DNA of 64,000 nucleotides from a virus: IMG/VR virus record IMGVR_UViG_3300047496_000092, positions 1 to 64,000 of that record; one strand, 5' to 3'. Shown piece by piece: positions 59,317 to 64,000 of this stretch (position 1 is its first letter; each line of letters starts with the position of its first letter). The notes under the pieces were generated by a model. It saw only the letters and a program-made list of their open reading frames with translations, ran no database searches and was not told where the DNA came from. The position numbers and the translations under genes were made by a program.

Positions 59317-59598
59317 CTAGCGTTTGCCCGGCGCTGCGGTGGACGTACCGACCGGCGCATGAACGCCTTCGGCCGCGCCGCTACCGTTGACCGCAGCACC
59401 TACCGGATGCGGATGGTTGGTGTCCGCGTGTTGCTTTGCCGCGCGCCGAGCATAGTCGGCCAGTTCGCGATCATCGTCCTTGGCAAGCTTCTGCATTTTT
59501 GCTACCGAGTCGTTGTCGAGATAGTAGCTGATGCGCGTCGTGTTGGGGGGTTGACGCGAACCGCGTTTCGGTTTCGTCGTAGTGGTTTCGTCTCCCAT
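59317..59598 (-). CDS. ribbon-helix-helix-like small protein, antisense to the tail operon
   Basis: TRISYYLDNDSVAKMQKLAKDDDRELADYARRA fits a beta-strand-helix-helix (Arc/CopG-like) layout. The C-terminus is disordered. Confidence 0.45.
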   Translation of the reverse strand: MGDETTTTKPKRGSRQPPNTTRISYYLDNDSVAKMQKLAKDDDRELADYARRAAKQHADTNHPHPVGAAVNGSGAAEGVHAPVGTSTAAPGKR

Positions 59599-59784
59599 GT
59601 AAGAAGTTGACCTCTACTCTTTCTTGGAGCGCAGTGGATGCGGCATTGTGTTCACGTTGCGCACCACGGTTCCTTCTCGGAAACTATCGCCCGCAAAATT
59701 CTCGGGGAGTATCGTATGAGAAGGGTCGCAGCCCAGTGAAGGATTTCCAATCAGCAATCCGACGTGAGGAGAATCTACACTTAT

Positions 59785-60444
59785 ATGTCGATGGATGGTG
59801 CAGCACTAGCGGCACGGCGCGACGCCGAATCGGCCGGTGCAGCCGGTGCAGGCAGTACGTCAGACGGCAACGGGCCGAAGACCGAATCGGTCGTGAAGAT
59901 GTTCATGGACGAAGACAAGATCAAGGCGATCAAGGCGCGGACCTGCATAGTCACGGTCGGCACACCGGCTACCGAAGTCGTCATACGACCCCTTAGCACG
60001 GCCGGGATGGTCGCCGCATTCAAGAGCCTGCGGCATCTCTTGGTGCCAGTTCTGGCCCTCGGGAAGAGCGCCGGTCAGGGTGCGGCTCCGACCATCAGCG
60101 CGATCTTGGACGCCTTCGGTGACAACATCGAAGACGTGCCGGAACTGGTAACGATCATTCTGCAGCGCGGCAATCCCGACATCGACCGCAAGTGGGTTGA
60201 CAAGAACCTCGACATCTTGCTCGACCTGCAAGTGATCATCCCGCCGTTCTTGGAGCAGAACGGGCTCGACCGAATGTTCTCGGGAAAATTAGTCGGGCGG
60301 GGCGTAGCATCCTCGCCCGCGAGCGCGCAAACAACGAACGGCAGCACAACGGTGCCATCGCAGCAGACGGCGGAATCACCAGCGGAGTCCACTTCTGCTC
60401 CCACCACTACGGACAGTCAACCAATTACTTCTGGCACGAACTAA
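59785..60444 (+). CDS. tail assembly chaperone (G-like)
   Basis: Assigned by position between the tube and tape measure genes. ATG 59785 lies after GAGGAG (the track starts at GTG 59764). It contains a slippery heptamer near its 3' end. Confidence 0.55.
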   Translation: MSMDGAALAARRDAESAGAAGAGSTSDGNGPKTESVVKMFMDEDKIKAIKARTCIVTVGTPATEVVIRPLSTAGMVAAFKSLRHLLVPVLALGKSAGQGAAPTISAILDAFGDNIEDVPELVTIILQRGNPDIDRKWVDKNLDILLDLQVIIPPFLEQNGLDRMFSGKLVGRGVASSPASAQTTNGSTTVPSQQTAESPAESTSAPTTTDSQPITSGTN

Positions 60445-60722
60445 CCTATGTGCAGTATCTGCTCGCAGTTGAGGAAATGCAAACTCAACTGCGCGCAGAG
60501 AACGGCATCAGAGAAAAGATCGTCGGCTACGTTGGCTACGATTGGGAGCCTGAACTCGACACCATTTCACCTTCGGACTTCGAAGGGCTCAATGCAAAAG
60601 CAGTGAGCATGAAAGAACTGCCGGACGACATTCGCGACATTCTCCTCGCAGAGAACTACCGCCAAGAAACCGGCCAAACACTGACGCTCGAACAAGATCG
60701 CGCACGACGGGGGGTGATCTAA
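59785..60722 (+). CDS. tail assembly chaperone GT-like fusion via a -1 frameshift at 60282-60288
   Basis: The -1 frame was checked codon by codon from 60288 to the TAA at 60720-60722 and has no stops. It includes track ORF 60450..60722. Confidence 0.5.
60282..60288 (+). promoter_or_regulatory. -1 programmed frameshift slippery heptamer G_GGA_AAA
   Basis: GGGAAAA is in the X_XXY_YYZ phase of the chaperone frame (codons tcG GGA AAA). The -1 frame is open from here to 60722. Confidence 0.55.
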
Positions 60723-60767
60723 ATCGCAGACTCTGTAGACCAATCTGTAGGTATCGAACTTGTTTCA

Positions 60768-63700
60768 ATGTTCGAGCAGGCGACCAAAGATTTATCCGCC
60801 TTCGGGGATGCGCTGCGTACAAGCCTGGGTGGTGCTGCCAAGGAATCCGAGTCGTCGCTTCAGCGCATGGAAGACTCTGCGCACGGTGCCGCCGTCGAGT
60901 TCGGCAAAGCCGGTGAAGAAGCAGGGACGAACTTTGCCAAGGGTCTAGCCGTCTCGTTTGGTTTGGCCGCAGCGGAGTTCATCAACACGATGCGCTCGAC
61001 TATCGAATCTGCGAGTGGCTATGCATCCGACTTGCTAACCACACAGATGATCAGCGGCGACAGTATCCCCGACCTGCAGAAGTTTGAGTTTGCGATGCGC
61101 AGCGTCAGCATCGACAGCGAACGAACGAACATGCTGCTAACGGCACTGCAGCAGCGCATTGTGATCGCGGCCGAGAAGGCGAAGGATACGTCGTCCGTCT
61201 TCTATCAGCTTGGGCTCAACGCGAAGAACATGGTCGGCAAGGACGCCATTACCAATATCGAAACGGTGGCCGACAAGCTAGCAAACTTGAAGAACACGAC
61301 CGAACGTACGCGCGTCGCGGGCGAACTGTTCGGGGAACGCATCGCTGATGCCATGATGCCGCTGCTTGAACAAGGCGGGGACGGCATCAAGCATCTGATG
61401 GAGATAGCCTCTCAATTCGGCGGTCAGATTTCAACTGATCTCATCCTTAAACTTGCCGATCTCGACACCGCTTGGACGCGGTTAGAGCAATCGACCCGCG
61501 CGTTCTATGTGACGCTCGCTGGTCCACTGATTCCACTACTGACCGATCTCGCCAACGCGACCATGCACTTCTACGCCTGGGTTGAAGCGTTGTCGAAGCA
61601 GCAGCAACTTACCGCACTGTTCGCAGCAATGACGGTCGCGCTGTTCGGCCTTGAAGAAGGCTTAACCGCTATCGGTACATTCTTTGCTCGCGGCTTTGCC
61701 ATGCGCGCCATCATCGACATCTTCAAAGAGTTCTCGCTCGAACTGCAGGTGATCGGCCTCGTCGCAACGGCTCTGTTCGTTGCATTCGAAACAAACTTTG
61801 CGGGGATGAAGAAGTCTGCCGGTCCTACACTCCAAGCCATTGGCATCTTTTTCCAAAACCTTGTCGATACCATCGGCTTCGTCGGGCACGAATTCAGAAC
61901 GGTCCTCGTCCCAGCGATCAACGAAGTTGGGGAGTCGCTCGCTCCGCTGGTAGACCAGGGCTCGGACTTCCTCACCAACTTCCTTGCTGGTGATTGGAGG
62001 GGTGTTCGAACGCTCATTGACGACCTTGCGCATGCGCTTGCGAACTTACTAAAGAACGGCATCAAGCCACTCATCGACAACGGCATCAAGCCGCTCCTTA
62101 ATGAGATTGGTGCGTTGCCGGGGCAACTGCGCGATGCAAACCCGCTCGTCGTTGCATTCGGTCTAGCATTGTCGGCGTACGTCGTTCCGCCGCTTCTGAC
62201 CATTGCAGGCAGCGCCTTTGTAGCAGCACTGACCAAGCTGCTTGAGTTTGTCGAGTCTGTCGCTGGGGTCGCGGGTGCGATTCGCATTGCGACGGTTGCA
62301 GCGTCTGATTTCGTCCTACCCATTATTATCATTGCTGGGCTCATCGACCTGATCAGTCGTAACTTCTACGCGCTGCAGTCGGTCGTTCTCAAAGTCGAAG
62401 GCGCATTCCAGCTAGCCTGGGCGCGTATGATATTACCAATCGGTGACGCGCTCCGTGCGGTATCGGACCTCTTCGATAAACTCGGGCAGCTCGTCGGCAT
62501 CGTTCCGAGCTTAGGTGGCGTGAGCGCCGTCATGGACGGCATTGCGATCGTGACGCGCAAGGCTGCGGATGCGGCGTACGACTGGTATCAGAACCTCGTC
62601 ATGGGCGCTGCCGCGCGTGAAGAGGGTTCAAAAACAGCGTCCAATCTTTCCAAGGGCCACGGCGCTTCGTGGAAGCCGGGTGGGCGTGAGAACGAGTACG
62701 AAGCCGAGACGCCGTACATCAACGCCGTAATGGCCCCACCGGCAAAGAAGCCACCGGACGATACACCGAAACATGGGGACCAGTCACTCACCCCACCGGC
62801 TGGAACCGATAGCGCAGCGATGAAGGCTGCGGCTGATCTCATCGACCAACTGGCTGAAAAGGTTAAACTTCTCAAGTTCGCGCTTGATGATGCGAAGGGT
62901 TCCGTCACTCTGATTGAAGATCAGATGAAGGCCCTCGGAACTATCGACACGCCGCAGAAGCTAGCAACACAACAGCATCTTCTTCGGGGCGAGATGTCCG
63001 GTACGCTGACCGAGATGCGCGACACGAACGCTATCACGATGCAGCTTCAATCGAACGCTGACGTGCTGTACGCAAAGTGGAAAGGCGCTTCTGACCCCGA
63101 GCTAGCGAAGAAGTTCCGCGACGCCTGGTTTGGTGTTCGTGGTGAGATCAAGCAGAACGAGATTGCTGCCCAGGCACTCGGTATCAGATACGAAGACATC
63201 TATCACACGCTTCAATCGTCGGCCGAGAAGTTTGATGAGGCGCTCCTCAAGAACGTCAAAACGTACAACGAGCAGCTTGTCATCCTACAGGATGAACTGC
63301 AGCAGGCGAAAGCGCGTAATGCGACAGCTTCCGAACTCGCTGACATTGAAGATCGTATCCTAAAAATCCGTAAAGATCAGACTGACGCTGCCGTATCCTT
63401 AGCCGCTGCGCAGCGCAAAGAGCAGTCGAGCATCATTCAAGGTCAAATGGATGTTCGAGACGCTCAGGCGAAGACAACGAATCAGACACCGCAACAGGAT
63501 GCCGACCGAGAAGTTCTTGACGCGCAAGCTAAGGCGGCAAAGGCAGCGATTGCGCTTGCTGACGCTGAAGCGAAGGCAAACGCCGCATCTGTTGAACTGA
63601 CTCGTCAAAAGAAGAACGAGTATGGCTCCGAAGCTGATCTGAACGCTGCAGAGATTGCCAATCAGCAGGCTATCAACGAACTTACTGACGCCGACTACAA

Positions 63701-64000
63701 GAACAAAGTCGCTATTCTTGAAGTTATCGCGGCGCAGAATCGACTGAAAAATGAAGCTCTGCAGAAGACTTCGGATGCGTTCGATAAGCTCGGTACGGAA
63801 ATAGCGGGACCACTGTACACGTCGGTCAAGCTTCTCACGCAAGCGAATCAGACCGGCGCACAAGTAACGGCTGGCCTCGTCGGCGTCTTCATTGAACTTT
63901 TCCAACAGTCGAACGCCTTCAAGGATGTGCAGGCTGCGTTCAAAGCGATCATCGAAAACATCGCACAGATTTTCGATGCGATGCGGCCGGTGCTGGACTT
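60768..64000 (+). CDS. tape measure protein (3' end beyond the window)
   Basis: Hand translation from ATG 60768 is open to position 64000. It is absent from the track because it has no stop in the window. A hydrophobic central segment (LFAAMTVALFGLEEGLTAIGTFFARGF...) is flanked by long Ala/Gln/Lys coiled coils. Confidence 0.8.
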   Translation, partial: MFEQATKDLSAFGDALRTSLGGAAKESESSLQRMEDSAHGAAVEFGKAGEEAGTNFAKGLAVSFGLAAAEFINTMRSTIESASGYASDLLTTQMISGDSIPDLQKFEFAMRSVSIDSERTNMLLTALQQRIVIAAEKAKDTSSVFYQLGLNAKNMVGKDAITNIETVADKLANLKNTTERTRVAGELFGERIADAMMPLLEQGGDGIKHLMEIASQFGGQISTDLILKLADLDTAWTRLEQSTRAFYVTLAGPLIPLLTDLANATMHFYAWVEALSKQQQLTALFAAMTVALFGLEEGLTAIGTFFARGFAMRAIIDIFKEFSLELQVIGLVATALFVAFETNFAGMKKSAGPTLQAIGIFFQNLVDTIGFVGHEFRTVLVPAINEVGESLAPLVDQGSDFLTNFLAGDWRGVRTLIDDLAHALANLLKNGIKPLIDNGIKPLLNEIGALPGQLRDANPLVVAFGLALSAYVVPPLLTIAGSAFVAALTKLLEFVESVAGVAGAIRIATVAASDFVLPIIIIAGLIDLISRNFYALQSVVLKVEGAFQLAWARMILPIGDALRAVSDLFDKLGQLVGIVPSLGGVSAVMDGIAIVTRKAADAAYDWYQNLVMGAAAREEGSKTASNLSKGHGASWKPGGRENEYEAETPYINAVMAPPAKKPPDDTPKHGDQSLTPPAGTDSAAMKAAADLIDQLAEKVKLLKFALDDAKGSVTLIEDQMKALGTIDTPQKLATQQHLLRGEMSGTLTEMRDTNAITMQLQSNADVLYAKWKGASDPELAKKFRDAWFGVRGEIKQNEIAAQALGIRYEDIYHTLQSSAEKFDEALLKNVKTYNEQLVILQDELQQAKARNATASELADIEDRILKIRKDQTDAAVSLAAAQRKEQSSIIQGQMDVRDAQAKTTNQTPQQDADREVLDAQAKAAKAAIALADAEAKANAASVELTRQKKNEYGSEADLNAAEIANQQAINELTDADYKNKVAILEVIAAQNRLKNEALQKTSDAFDKLGTEIAGPLYTSVKLLTQANQTGAQVTAGLVGVFIELFQQSNAFKDVQAAFKAIIENIAQIFDAMRPVLD

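Noticed and set aside
61571-62344. A 257-aa minus-strand ORF, plus several smaller ones between 61.2 and 63.9 kb
   Set aside because: They are antisense to the uninterrupted tape-measure reading frame (60768 to the window end). That frame is missing from the track only because it has no stop in the window.
1-64000. A lysogeny module (integrase, CI/Cro-type switch, attP) or transposase/IS elements
   Set aside because: No tyrosine or serine recombinase, transposase DDE motif, or inverted terminal repeat was recognised in any frame. Temperate versus lytic lifestyle cannot be decided from this window.

Overview
The window reads as a contiguous 64-kb segment of a tailed dsDNA phage or prophage genome. 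It looks siphovirus-like: tube proteins, a G/GT chaperone and a long tape measure.

Layout:
- 1-4036: minus-strand early genes (membrane-anchored GroES-like protein, SNF2 helicase, Acb2/Tad1-hairpin-like protein).
- 4197-15038: plus-strand replication and recombination module (wHTH initiator-like gene with internal iterons, DnaB, primase, SSB, Pol I, Cas4-like nuclease, RusA, RecA-like).
- 15022-20596: packaging (HTH/sigma-like protein, TerS candidate, GpA-type TerL, portal).
- 20601-27170: three polyvalent MuF-associated proteins, cut into enzymatic modules by seven copies of one ~22-aa motif. This is the most unusual feature of the window.
- 27171-29971: an AT-richer island (methyltransferase, glycosyltransferase).
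- 30.5-34.7 kb: a mosaic accessory stretch with a ~0.5-kb structured non-coding region, HTH and HNH genes, and a secreted-protein cassette.
- 34.9-40.5 kb: small nucleotide-metabolism-type genes and a candidate lysis cassette.
- 40.6-51.4 kb: a long minus-strand block (C5-MTase, GNAT, DUF932-like) that shares a conserved translation-initiation block.
- 51.6-64.0 kb: head and tail morphogenesis (protease-scaffold fusion, MCP, connectors, two tandem tube paralogs, chaperone with a -1 frameshift, tape measure running off the window).

I recognised no rRNA, tRNA, CRISPR array, integrase or transposase. All family names come from motif recognition by eye. No searches were run. Many starts were re-placed by hand, because ATGA/GTGA/TTGA overlaps are pervasive, and these starts should be treated as proposals.
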